Shown: positions 56,159 to 64,000 of the stretch, one piece after another
How the letters are laid out: each line of letters opens with the position of its first letter
How positions within the stretch are numbered: the first letter of the stretch is position 1
NCBI GenBank assembly: GCA_021776115.1
Contig: JAJFGN010000057.1
Location: forward strand, 523-64,522
Length of the DNA: 64,000 nt
DNA from: Kiloniellaceae bacterium
GTDB taxonomy: Bacteria > Pseudomonadota > Alphaproteobacteria > Kiloniellales > J153
Direction of reading: 5' to 3'
The notes under the pieces: model-generated
Told to the model about the DNA's origin: nothing
Databases searched by the model: none
Seen by the model: only the letters and a program-made list of their open reading frames with translations
Program-made: the position numbers and the translations under genes

Positions 56159-57199
56159 TTACTTCTTTGGCTCGGACTTGGAGTCGTAGCGAGATTGCCA
56201 TTCGGTGAGAATGCGCTTGCGATTCCGCGCCGCAAACTCGAAGTCGTTGTCAATCATCGCCTTCGTGATCCCGGCCGGGAAATGCTCGACCGGCTTGGCC
56301 AAGCCCGGAATCGCGACGACCGCATAGCCTTCGTTGTAGAGGCGGTTGGCCTTCTCGGTGACCGACCAATCGACCAGCTTCTTGGCGGCATCCATCTTTT
56401 CGGTTCCGCGCACGATCGCTGTCGCTTCCATGTCCCAGCCGATCCCCTCGGATGGGACAATGATTTCGAGCGGCGCACCGGCGGCCTTGGACTTGGCCCC
56501 ACGGAAAGCGAAAGACACGCCGATCGGGATCTCACCCGCGGCTGCTTGCTTACATGGCTTTGAACCCGAATGCGTGTAGTGGCTGATATTCTTGTGCAAG
56601 TCGTCCATGAAGGCCCAGCCGCCCTTCTCGCCGAAGATCTGCAGCCAGCTTGAGACGTCTAGGAACCCGGTACCCGAGGAATTCGGGTTCGGCATCGCCA
56701 CGTGACCCTGATAGACGGGCTTGGTCAGGTCCTTCCATGACGTCGGCATAGGCAATTTGTACTTCTCGCCTTCGACCGTATTGAAGCAAACTGAGGCCAC
56801 CCAGGCATCCATGCCGGTCCAATAGGGCGGGTTGTCTTTGTCGCGGAACTTGGCGTCGAGTTTCTCGAGCCCATTAGGCGCATAGGGCTCAAGCATCCCC
56901 TCGCCCTTCATCAACAACAGGCTCGTCGCCGCCAAGCCCCAAATCACGTCGGCTTGCGGGTTGTTTTTCTCGGCCAGCAGTTTGGCGGTGACAATGCCCG
57001 TCGAATCCCGGACCCATTTGATTTCGATGTCGGGATAATCCTCATTGAAAGCGGCGGCATAGCGTTTCAGGTCTTCCGCTTCCACGGCGGTGTAGACTGT
57101 CAGCTCGGTCTTGGCGAGCACCGGCCCCGTGACCAAGGTCATCGCGGCCGCGCCCACCGCGGCGGCGCCCATAAGGCGTAAAAAGGAATTCTTTCGCAT
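56159..57199 (-). CDS. ABC substrate-binding protein (Fe3+/2-aminoethylphosphonate PhnS-like family)
   Basis: Signal peptide, then ELTVYTAVEAEDLKRY...WVRDSTGIVTAKLLAEKNNPQADVIWG. Assignment to the AEP subfamily is from memory. Confidence 0.7.
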   Translation of the reverse strand: MRKNSFLRLMGAAAVGAAAMTLVTGPVLAKTELTVYTAVEAEDLKRYAAAFNEDYPDIEIKWVRDSTGIVTAKLLAEKNNPQADVIWGLAATSLLLMKGEGMLEPYAPNGLEKLDAKFRDKDNPPYWTGMDAWVASVCFNTVEGEKYKLPMPTSWKDLTKPVYQGHVAMPNPNSSGTGFLDVSSWLQIFGEKGGWAFMDDLHKNISHYTHSGSKPCKQAAAGEIPIGVSFAFRGAKSKAAGAPLEIIVPSEGIGWDMEATAIVRGTEKMDAAKKLVDWSVTEKANRLYNEGYAVVAIPGLAKPVEHFPAGITKAMIDNDFEFAARNRKRILTEWQSRYDSKSEPKK

Positions 57200-57353
57200 G
57201 TAAATCTTGCTCCCTGTTATCGGGACGGATGCCGAAGTCGATTGACGCGGCCCGGCCCTTCCCTCGTTAAGAAGGCGTTAGAATGCCAGTTTATATTGAG
57301 CCTGTGTTACAGTTTTTTGGCTCGTTTATTTGGGCTTCTTGCCTCCCTCCCAC

Positions 57354-59081
57354 TCAACCGACGGCTTGGCCGCCGGCCTTAGGTTCCTTGGACTGTTCTT
57401 TGTCAGCCTCTGGCGTCTGGGGATCCGGCTCCCGGTGCGATACCAGGCGGCTTGAACGTAGCTCTCCCGAGGCATCCAAAATCGGATAAGCAACCGCGGT
57501 CAGGTGCGAATTGATCCGCTTCAGATCGCGCAAGATATCCAGGTGCAGCGCCGAGGTCTCGATGCTGTCGAGCTGGCCCGAGCGCAAACGGTCCATGTGG
57601 TTTCGCCCCCCCTGTAGCTCCAGGTCGCGGAAGCGCTCCTTGTCGCGGATAAGCTGGCGCGCGGTGGCGATATCGCCGGAGACGAAAACGCTGAGCGCAA
57701 GCTGCATCTGATCGGTGACGCGAACATGTAACGAGCTCAGTTCCTTCCAACCCTGCTCGGAGAAGGTCAGCTTTTTACGCTGCTTCTTTTGCGCGATGTC
57801 CAGCAAGTTGTTGTCGATAATGTCGCCGATGTGCTCGAGGTTGGTGGTGAAAGCCAGCAACTCGGCGCAGCGGCGCTTGTCTTCGTCGTCGAGCGCGTTG
57901 CGTCTGACCTTGGCGATATAAAGCTTGATCGCTTCCTGCAGGATGTCGACCTCGTCATCCATCTCGTGCAAGGCGTCCAACAGCTTCGGGTCGTCGGACT
58001 CCAAGACCTCGATGACACCGCGCAGCATGGTCTCAACCGTGTCCGCCATGCGCAGCGCCTCGCGCGTCGCGCCCGAGATCGCGATCGAGGGCCTATCGAT
58101 CACCGCCGGGTCCAGATATCTAGGCTCGACCACGCCCGCACCGCCGGCGGTTTCGGGCAGCAGGCGACTCATGAGATGTTCCATGACCCCGATCAAGGGC
58201 AAGAACGCGGCGGCCAGGGCCAGGTTGAATACGGTATGGAAATTCGCGATTTGCCGCGCCGGTTCCTCGCCCAGCATCGCGATATAAGGGGTGGCCAGGC
58301 CCACGAACGGCAGCACGACGATCGCGCCGAGGGTCCGAAATAGCAGGTTCCCCATGGGAATCCGGCGCGCCTGGGCGACGCCCGAGGCGGTTAGGGCGAC
58401 GGGGATGATACCGGACCCGGCATTGGCGCCCAGGACCAGCGCGAAACCCAACTCCACCGGGATCACGCCAACCGTCGCCAGGGACATAACCAAGAGAACG
58501 ATGGCCACGCTGGAATGCGCCACCCAAGTAATGACGGCGGCGATAAGAAGGCCGAGGATTGGGTCTTGCGCCAAGGGCCGCATGACGTACTGAAGCGTGG
58601 CGCTGTCACGCAGAGGCTGTGAGGCCCCAACAACCAACGTGAGCGCTAGCAGCATCAGGCCCAAGCCGATGAACACCCGGCCGATGTGGCGCCACTGCGC
58701 CGAGGGTCCGGCCAGGAACGAGACGACGCCTATTAGGACAAGCGCCGGAGAGAGGCCCGAGATATCGAACGATAAAACCTGAACCACCAGGGTCGAGCCA
58801 ATGTCCGCGCCCAGCATGATCGCCAAGCCCGCGGCCACGCTAATCAAGCCCCGGCCAGCGAAGGATACGGCCAAGAGGGCCGTCGCGGTGGCGCTTTGGA
58901 GTATGGTGGCCGTGGCCAAGCCCATGCCGCAAGCGGTAAACCTGTTACCCGTCGAGCGGCCGAGAAACCGCCGCAACTCCGCCCCATATGCGCGCAAGAC
59001 GCCGGTGCGGACCATACGGGTCGCCCACAGAAGCAATGCCACGCCGCCGGCGATATGTAACAGCAGTTCGTGACCGGCCAA
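57354..59081 (-). CDS. Na+/phosphate cotransporter family protein with C-terminal PhoU-like domains
   Basis: N-terminal duplicated Na/Pi-cotransporter TM repeats and C-terminal helical PhoU-like repeats (LEHIGDII). TTG start. Confidence 0.8.
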   Translation of the reverse strand: MAGHELLLHIAGGVALLLWATRMVRTGVLRAYGAELRRFLGRSTGNRFTACGMGLATATILQSATATALLAVSFAGRGLISVAAGLAIMLGADIGSTLVVQVLSFDISGLSPALVLIGVVSFLAGPSAQWRHIGRVFIGLGLMLLALTLVVGASQPLRDSATLQYVMRPLAQDPILGLLIAAVITWVAHSSVAIVLLVMSLATVGVIPVELGFALVLGANAGSGIIPVALTASGVAQARRIPMGNLLFRTLGAIVVLPFVGLATPYIAMLGEEPARQIANFHTVFNLALAAAFLPLIGVMEHLMSRLLPETAGGAGVVEPRYLDPAVIDRPSIAISGATREALRMADTVETMLRGVIEVLESDDPKLLDALHEMDDEVDILQEAIKLYIAKVRRNALDDEDKRRCAELLAFTTNLEHIGDIIDNNLLDIAQKKQRKKLTFSEQGWKELSSLHVRVTDQMQLALSVFVSGDIATARQLIRDKERFRDLELQGGRNHMDRLRSGQLDSIETSALHLDILRDLKRINSHLTAVAYPILDASGELRSSRLVSHREPDPQTPEADKEQSKEPKAGGQAVG

Positions 59082-59341
59082 AAAAAGAAACTCCAGGTCT
59101 ACTTACAATACGAGAGCGCCACCGCGTTCTAGCGCGGTGTGCACCGGCCGCCCGACTCCAATGGCTCCAGCCCAGTATGGCAGCTTTCGGCCAATTTCAC
59201 AAAACTGTCATAGAAATGAAACATTTGTCCCCTGGGGCGCGGCAGCCACCGGCTCACGGTTTATTACGCCAGGGGGTTACGTCGTTTGAGAAGTCGATAT
59301 TTATTATAATACCTATAGAGACAAGCTATCGCTTGAAAGTC

Positions 59342-59722
59342 TCAGGACTCGATGTCGCCGCCCGCCGCTTGCCAGGCCTGAATACCCCCGACCAGGGAGA
59401 AGACTTGGGGGAACCCCATGTCCTTAAGGGTCTTGGCCGCGAGTGCCGACCGCCCGCCGGTACCGCAATAGAGCACGACCCGCTTATTGGGGGTCAAGAG
59501 GGGGTTGTGCATGGGCCCTTCGGGGTCCGCGATGAATTCCAGAAATCCGCGCGGGGCATGTATCGACTTAGGAATGTAACCTTGTTGGCGTTCCTGCGTC
59601 TCGCGCACATCCAGAATCACGACGTCAGGATCGCTCAGAAACTCCGGACCGGCGGAGACCGAGACACTCTCGATCGCCGCGTTGGCCTCGGCCAGCATCT
59701 GTTTAAAGCCCTTCTTCAACAT
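59342..59722 (-). CDS. Rhodanese-domain sulfurtransferase
   Basis: VILDVRE...GYIP and active-site loop YCGTGGRS. ATG at 59722 with a GGGGAG ribosome-binding site. Confidence 0.8.
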   Translation of the reverse strand: MLKKGFKQMLAEANAAIESVSVSAGPEFLSDPDVVILDVRETQERQQGYIPKSIHAPRGFLEFIADPEGPMHNPLLTPNKRVVLYCGTGGRSALAAKTLKDMGFPQVFSLVGGIQAWQAAGGDIES

Positions 59723-59782
59723 AACGAAACTCCCCGCGAATTCACATCCTCTCGCCCCAGTATCTGGGCAGTGCACTGCATA

Positions 59783-60598
59783 CTACAAGGTCGCGCCGGG
59801 GGTTCCCAGGGAATAGACCTTTAGCTGCTCGGTAATGAAATCGAAGGCCTCGTCGATGGAGTCGGTACGAAAGAAAAGCTCCAGGTCCGCCGCGTCGATG
59901 GTGCCGTATTTTTCCAAGGCCTTGAGGTTGATAACCTCGGCCCAGTAACGGCTGCCGAACAGGACGACCGGCAGGTGTTTGCGGATCTTGCGGGTCTGGA
60001 TCAAGGTCAGAAGCTCGAACAGCTCGTCCAAGGTGCCGAAACCGCCCGGCATCACGACCACCGCCTTGGCCAGGTAGGCGAACCAGAACTTGCGCATGAA
60101 GAAGTAATGGAACTCGAAGGTCAGCTCGCGGCTGATGTGCGGGTTCTCCGATTGCTCGAAGGGTAAGGATATGTTGAGGCCGACGTTTATGCCCTTGGCC
60201 TCCGACGCGCCCCGATTGGCGGCTTCCATGATGCCCGGGCCGCCGCCGCTGCACACGACGAAGCGCCGCCCGCCCTCGCCCAGTTCCTTGGACCAGACGG
60301 TCAGGCGCTTGGCCAGTTCCCGTGTCGCTTCGTAATACTGCGACATTTCCAGGTTGGTCCGCGCCCTTTCGACATTCCCGCCTTCGGCTTCCGCGGCTTT
60401 CAGCGCCGCCTCGGCCTCGTCGCGCGGCGGGATCCGGGCCGAACCGAAAAAGATGATCGTGTCCTCAATATTGTAATGCTTGAAGCGGCTGTTGGGTTCG
60501 ATGTACTCGGAAAGAATCCGCAGGGCCCGCGCATCGGGGCTGTGCAGGAAGTTGGAGTCCTCGTAGGCGCGGAACCGCTTCTGTGAATCGTCGGGCAT
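59783..60598 (-). CDS. LOG-family (TIGR00730) nucleotide 5'-monophosphate nucleosidase-like protein
   Basis: Motifs GGGPGIMEA and PGGFGTLDELFE. ATG at 60598. Confidence 0.8.
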   Translation of the reverse strand: MPDDSQKRFRAYEDSNFLHSPDARALRILSEYIEPNSRFKHYNIEDTIIFFGSARIPPRDEAEAALKAAEAEGGNVERARTNLEMSQYYEATRELAKRLTVWSKELGEGGRRFVVCSGGGPGIMEAANRGASEAKGINVGLNISLPFEQSENPHISRELTFEFHYFFMRKFWFAYLAKAVVVMPGGFGTLDELFELLTLIQTRKIRKHLPVVLFGSRYWAEVINLKALEKYGTIDAADLELFFRTDSIDEAFDFITEQLKVYSLGTPGATL

Positions 60599-60650
60599 GT
60601 TTTCCCTTATATTTCGGATATGAATAAGTATGTGAATCGTACCGGGCCCG

Positions 60651-61634
60651 TCATGAGCAGGGTACGACTTTCTGCTCAATCGCGCCGAACATTGTAGCGC
60701 CGGAGTCATCCTCCATCTCGATGTTCACGACGTCGCCAAAACTTAGAAATGGCGTGCGCGGCGCGCCGTGGTCAAGAGTCTCGATCGACCGCACCTCGGC
60801 CAAACAGGCCGAGCCTACAGTCCGGTCGGTATTCGAGACCGTCCCGGACCCGATAATGGTTCCCGCCGATAGCCGCCGGGTCCGCGCCGCGTGCGCGATC
60901 AGCTGTGGAAAATCGAAGGTCATGTCGCGGCCCGCGTTGGGCCGCCCGATCAAGTCGCCATTGATGCGGCAAACCAGGGGCAGGTGCAAGCGCCCCCCGT
61001 CCCAGGCCGAGCCCAGCTCATCGGGCGTGACCGCGACCGGCGAGAAGCTGCTCGCCGGCTTGCTGTGAAAGAAACCGAAGCCCTTTCCCAACTCACTAGG
61101 AATCAAGCCGCGCAGACTGACATCGTTCAGCAGCATGACAAGCTTGATGTGCGCGCCCGCGGCCTCGGCCGGGGTCGCCATGGGCACGTCGTCCAGGATT
61201 ACGGCAATTTCGCCCTCGAAGTCGATACCCCAGGACTCGTCCTCTACCGCAATGTCGTCGCGCGGGCCCAAGAAGCTGTCGGATAACCCCTGGTACATCA
61301 GCGGGTCGGACCAGAAGCTCTCCGGCATGTCGGCGCCGCGCGCCTTGCGCACCAATTCCATGTGGTGGACATAGGCGGAGCCGTCCGCGAACTGATAGCT
61401 GCGCGGCAAAGGCGCGGCGCAAGCACCCGCGTCGAAGGGCCTCGCGGCCGCGACTTTCCCGGCCTCAAGCGCGTCCGCGATCTCCGCTAGCTTGGGCGCC
61501 GCCTCGGGCCAGGTTTCCAACGCCGCCTGCAGGGTCGCCGCGACCGGCGCCGCCTCGACGCAGCGCGCCAAGGCCCGATCGACCACGACCAGAGCGCCGT
61601 CGCGCCCGCCTTCTTTGAGGGAAGCCAGTTTCAT
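60651..61634 (-). CDS. Fumarylacetoacetate hydrolase family protein (probable fumarylacetoacetase of the homogentisate pathway)
   Basis: FAH-fold C-terminal domain (DFEGEIAVIL, GTIIGSGTVSN). Lies downstream of hmgA in the same orientation. Confidence 0.75.
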   Translation of the reverse strand: MKLASLKEGGRDGALVVVDRALARCVEAAPVAATLQAALETWPEAAPKLAEIADALEAGKVAAARPFDAGACAAPLPRSYQFADGSAYVHHMELVRKARGADMPESFWSDPLMYQGLSDSFLGPRDDIAVEDESWGIDFEGEIAVILDDVPMATPAEAAGAHIKLVMLLNDVSLRGLIPSELGKGFGFFHSKPASSFSPVAVTPDELGSAWDGGRLHLPLVCRINGDLIGRPNAGRDMTFDFPQLIAHAARTRRLSAGTIIGSGTVSNTDRTVGSACLAEVRSIETLDHGAPRTPFLSFGDVVNIEMEDDSGATMFGAIEQKVVPCS

Positions 61635-61677
61635 AGAGCGGCCCGTGGAACGCAGGCGAATTGCGTGGCCCCGCGAG

Positions 61678-61777
61678 CCCCCCCCACCCTAACCCTCCCC
61701 CACCAGGGGGGAGGGAATAGAGGCGGTGCTCTCCCTCTTACTCCCTCCCCCTTGAGGGGGGAGGGCCGGGGTGGGGG
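61678..61777. repeat. Composite palindromic element: forward unit, core, reverse unit
   Basis: CCCCCCCACCC box, 9-bp hairpin 61693-61715, core, 9-bp hairpin 61743-61765, then GGGGTGGGGG (61768-61777). Its core resembles the reverse complement of the 47380-47406 core. Confidence 0.8.
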
Positions 61778-61805
61778 TGAACGCCGGTTATCCAATGCGA
61801 GGCCC

Positions 61806-62951
61806 TTAACCCTTCCCCGGCGCGCGCCAGGATTGCGCATACTCGGACACCTCGACGCCCTTGGGCAGGTCGCCGACTTCCAGAGGATCGCGGGTGTCCA
61901 GCATGACCGCAACCTCGTCGGTCGCCGCCTTCTTGGGCGCCAGGGCCCCGGCGAGGGCCTTGGGATGCGGCCCGTGGGTGAAGCCGCAAGGATGGAAGGT
62001 CACCATACCGGCGTCGATATTGTCGCGGCTGAAGAAATCGCCCCGGTGGTAGAAAATCACTTCGTCGTAATCGTCGTTGTTGTGGAAGAAAGGCACCTTG
62101 AGCGCGCCGGGATCGGTCTCGAAGGGACGCGGCACGAAGGTGCAGATCACGAAACGCTCGGCCAGGAAGGTCGTGTGCGCGGAGGGCGGCAGGTGGTAGC
62201 GGTGACTCATGAGCGGGCGGATGTCGCGCACGTTGAGGCGCACCGGCGCGAGGTTGCCGTGCCAGCCGACCGCATCCAGCGGATTGAAGGGATAGGTAGC
62301 GGTTGAGATCGCGCCGCGATGCTTGACCCGCACGCGCCAAGCCTCCTCCTCGCCCGGCGGCGTCTGCTGGGCGCGGAAGGCCTCGTCGATGCGCGGCGTA
62401 TCGAGCATGGCCGGATCGAAGATGGCGTGCGGTCCCACCAGCCCCTTATCGGGCAAGTGATAGCTGCCGCCGGTCGCCTCGATCAGTAGGACCTCGGCCG
62501 AACCCGCGAACTCGCTGCGCCACATGGTGCCGCGCGGCATGACGATGTAATCGCCGGCCTCGATCCCCAGGTGGCCGTAGTCGCAAAAGAGACGGCCTTC
62601 GCCCTTGTGAATGAACAAGAGGTCATCGCCGTCGGCGTTGCGCGCCAGGGCGCTCATCTTCCCTTCGGTGTGCCAGAAGCGATAGCCGACGTGGGCGTTG
62701 CGCAGAACCATCGCCGCGTCCCAAGGGTCGCTTGCGGCGCCCGCGATCCGATTGAGGTCGAAGGCGCGGGGGCGCAAGGGCCCTTCCCAATCGCTCCATC
62801 CGGTCGGCGGATGGGTGTGATACATCTGGGTCGCCGGGCCGAAGAAGCCCTCGCGGCCAAGCTCGCGTTCATAGGTGCCTTCGGGCAGATCGGCATGCGC
62901 CTGGCGCGACGACTTGCCCTCGATACGCGGCAGCGAGATCCAGTGTTTCAT
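61806..62951 (-). CDS. hmgA: Homogentisate 1,2-dioxygenase family protein (short form)
   Basis: 381 aa cupin-type dioxygenase (GFFGPATQMYHTHPPTGW, FHPCGFTHGPHP) located between phhA and the FAH gene. AGGAGG ribosome-binding site. Shorter than the classical HmgA. Confidence 0.65.
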   Translation of the reverse strand: MKHWISLPRIEGKSSRQAHADLPEGTYERELGREGFFGPATQMYHTHPPTGWSDWEGPLRPRAFDLNRIAGAASDPWDAAMVLRNAHVGYRFWHTEGKMSALARNADGDDLLFIHKGEGRLFCDYGHLGIEAGDYIVMPRGTMWRSEFAGSAEVLLIEATGGSYHLPDKGLVGPHAIFDPAMLDTPRIDEAFRAQQTPPGEEEAWRVRVKHRGAISTATYPFNPLDAVGWHGNLAPVRLNVRDIRPLMSHRYHLPPSAHTTFLAERFVICTFVPRPFETDPGALKVPFFHNNDDYDEVIFYHRGDFFSRDNIDAGMVTFHPCGFTHGPHPKALAGALAPKKAATDEVAVMLDTRDPLEVGDLPKGVEVSEYAQSWRAPGKG

Positions 62952-62959
62952 GCTGCCTC

Positions 62960-63793
62960 CTACACGGACAGGGAAACCGGGCGATCGCCGGGCGCGAGCG
63001 CGCCGGGCGGAATATCGGCCTGGGTTTTCAGATCGTCGTAGTACGGCGTGAAGTCGGGCCGGGTCGCGTCGAAAAGTTGTTCGAAATTCCTTATCACGAA
63101 GTAAGCGTCCTGAAGGTCGTCGATGCGGTACTCGGTCCGCATGATGCGCATGAGGTCGAAACCGATGCGCTTGGGCTTGGAACTCTCCAAGCTGTAGACC
63201 GTCTCGCTGTGCGAGGAAACGATGCCGGCGCCATAGATGCGCAGGCCCTCGCCGGTTTCAATCAGACCGAACTCCACCGTGTACCAGTAAAGCCGCGCCA
63301 GCTTGGGCAGCGAACCGAGACGCAGGGCCTTCAAGCCGCCGCGGCCATAGGCTTGCAGATAGTCGGCGAAGACCGGGTTCATCAGGATCGGCACGTGGCC
63401 GAAGACATCGTGAAAAATGTCGGGCTCCTGCAAATAGTCGAGCTGTTCACGCCGGCGTATCCAGTTCGTCGCGGGGAAACGCCGCGCCGCCAGATGCCGG
63501 AAAAAGACGTCGTCGGGCACCAATCCCGGAACCGCGACAATGCGCCAACCGGTCGCGCGTTCCATGATATCGGAGAGGCGCTCGAATTCGGGAATGCCCT
63601 CGGCCGCGACGCCCAGCGACTCTAAGCCCTCCAGGTATTCCGTGCAGGCGCGTCCGGGCAGCAACTTCGATTGACGCTCGAACAAGGTGCGCCAAATGGC
63701 GTGGTCTTCGCGTGTGTAGCCGGGCCAGTTTTGCGCGATCGTGAAGTCTGCGCCGGGGGCCTGGCCGGGATCGGGATTTTGAATCACGCCCAT
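62960..63793 (-). CDS. phhA: Phenylalanine 4-monooxygenase
   Basis: Iron-binding motif PDIFHDVFGHVP and AGIVSSHSE, typical of bacterial aromatic amino-acid hydroxylases. ATG at 63793. Confidence 0.85.
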   Translation of the reverse strand: MGVIQNPDPGQAPGADFTIAQNWPGYTREDHAIWRTLFERQSKLLPGRACTEYLEGLESLGVAAEGIPEFERLSDIMERATGWRIVAVPGLVPDDVFFRHLAARRFPATNWIRRREQLDYLQEPDIFHDVFGHVPILMNPVFADYLQAYGRGGLKALRLGSLPKLARLYWYTVEFGLIETGEGLRIYGAGIVSSHSETVYSLESSKPKRIGFDLMRIMRTEYRIDDLQDAYFVIRNFEQLFDATRPDFTPYYDDLKTQADIPPGALAPGDRPVSLSV

Positions 63794-63803
63794 GCCAAGC
63801 CTT

Positions 63804-64000
63804 TCACGCTTTGAGGACGCCGCGGCGGACCTGATCTTGCTCCATGGCCTCGAACAGGGCCTTGAAGTTACCTTCGCCGAAGCCCTCATCGCCCTTGCGC
63901 TGGATGATCTCAAAGAAGATCGGCCCGATCACGGTGCGGGTGAAGATTTGCAGCAGGCGCCCACCGTCCTCGGTCGGCGCGCCGTCGATCAGGATCGCGT
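63804..64000 (-). CDS. hppD: 4-hydroxyphenylpyruvate dioxygenase, C-terminal 64 codons (5' part outside the window)
   Basis: Not in the ORF track. The minus-strand translation reads ...[52 protein letters not shown], the conserved HppD C-terminus. Stop codon at 63804-63806. Confidence 0.8.
   Translation of the reverse strand, partial: AILIDGAPTEDGGRLLQIFTRTVIGPIFFEIIQRKGDEGFGEGNFKALFEAMEQDQVRRGVLKA

Noticed and set aside
59205-59222. CTGTCAT, a Pho-box half-site, in the promoter region of the Na/Pi-PhoU transporter gene.
   Set aside because: The expected second direct repeat 11 nt away reads ATGAAAC, only 3 of 7 matches. A single heptamer is not enough evidence.

Overview
This is a 64-kb, high-GC chromosomal segment. 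Its gene content suggests an alphaproteobacterium (inference): adjacent motA-motB, parC, bpt, znuA/zur-znuCB, many TRAP and ABC importers. I support about 60 protein-coding genes. I found no rRNA, tRNA, CRISPR array, transposase, integrase or phage gene.

Gene blocks in order:
- LysE exporter fragment, CDF transporter and penicillin-acylase-family gene.
- Threonine dehydratase and cystathionine beta-synthase, then an AT-richer insert (frameshifted ORF plus a DUF559 nuclease), a DMSP-lyase-like cupin and a Cys/Met PLP enzyme.
- motAB, an RDD protein and bpt.
- A TRAP transporter whose binding-protein gene and permease genes are separated by a 3.3-kb island. The island carries three SAM methyltransferases, one of plant SABATH type, and an extremely Met-rich winged-helix protein.
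- bioY, a secreted TPR protein with seven 126-nt repeats, and parC.
- An FAD oxidoreductase, an OmpA-family lipoprotein and AsmA.
- GST and a peptide-type ABC importer with no ATPase gene. This importer is interrupted by a very AT-rich antisense gene and by a palindromic repeat.
- DMT and MFS transporters, the Zur/ZnuABC locus, then a decaying islet (GNAT, RidA, racemase remnant).
- DctPQM, then phnW with a class-III PLP enzyme and a LysR regulator.
- A DMT gene bracketed by a segmental duplication, then HxlR, a hydrolase and a MAPEG protein.
- A Fe3+/aminoethylphosphonate-type ABC importer, a Na/Pi-PhoU transporter, a rhodanese and a LOG-family protein.
- The hppD-phhA-hmgA-fahA aromatic amino-acid catabolic cluster.

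The most unusual signals are:
- A family of nested palindromic repeat units, one pair of which brackets the DUF559 nuclease gene.
- The methyltransferase and Met-rich module.
- Several insertion and duplication scars.

No recognisable defence, toxin or mobile-element system is visible. All function calls come from reading motifs by eye, not from database searches.
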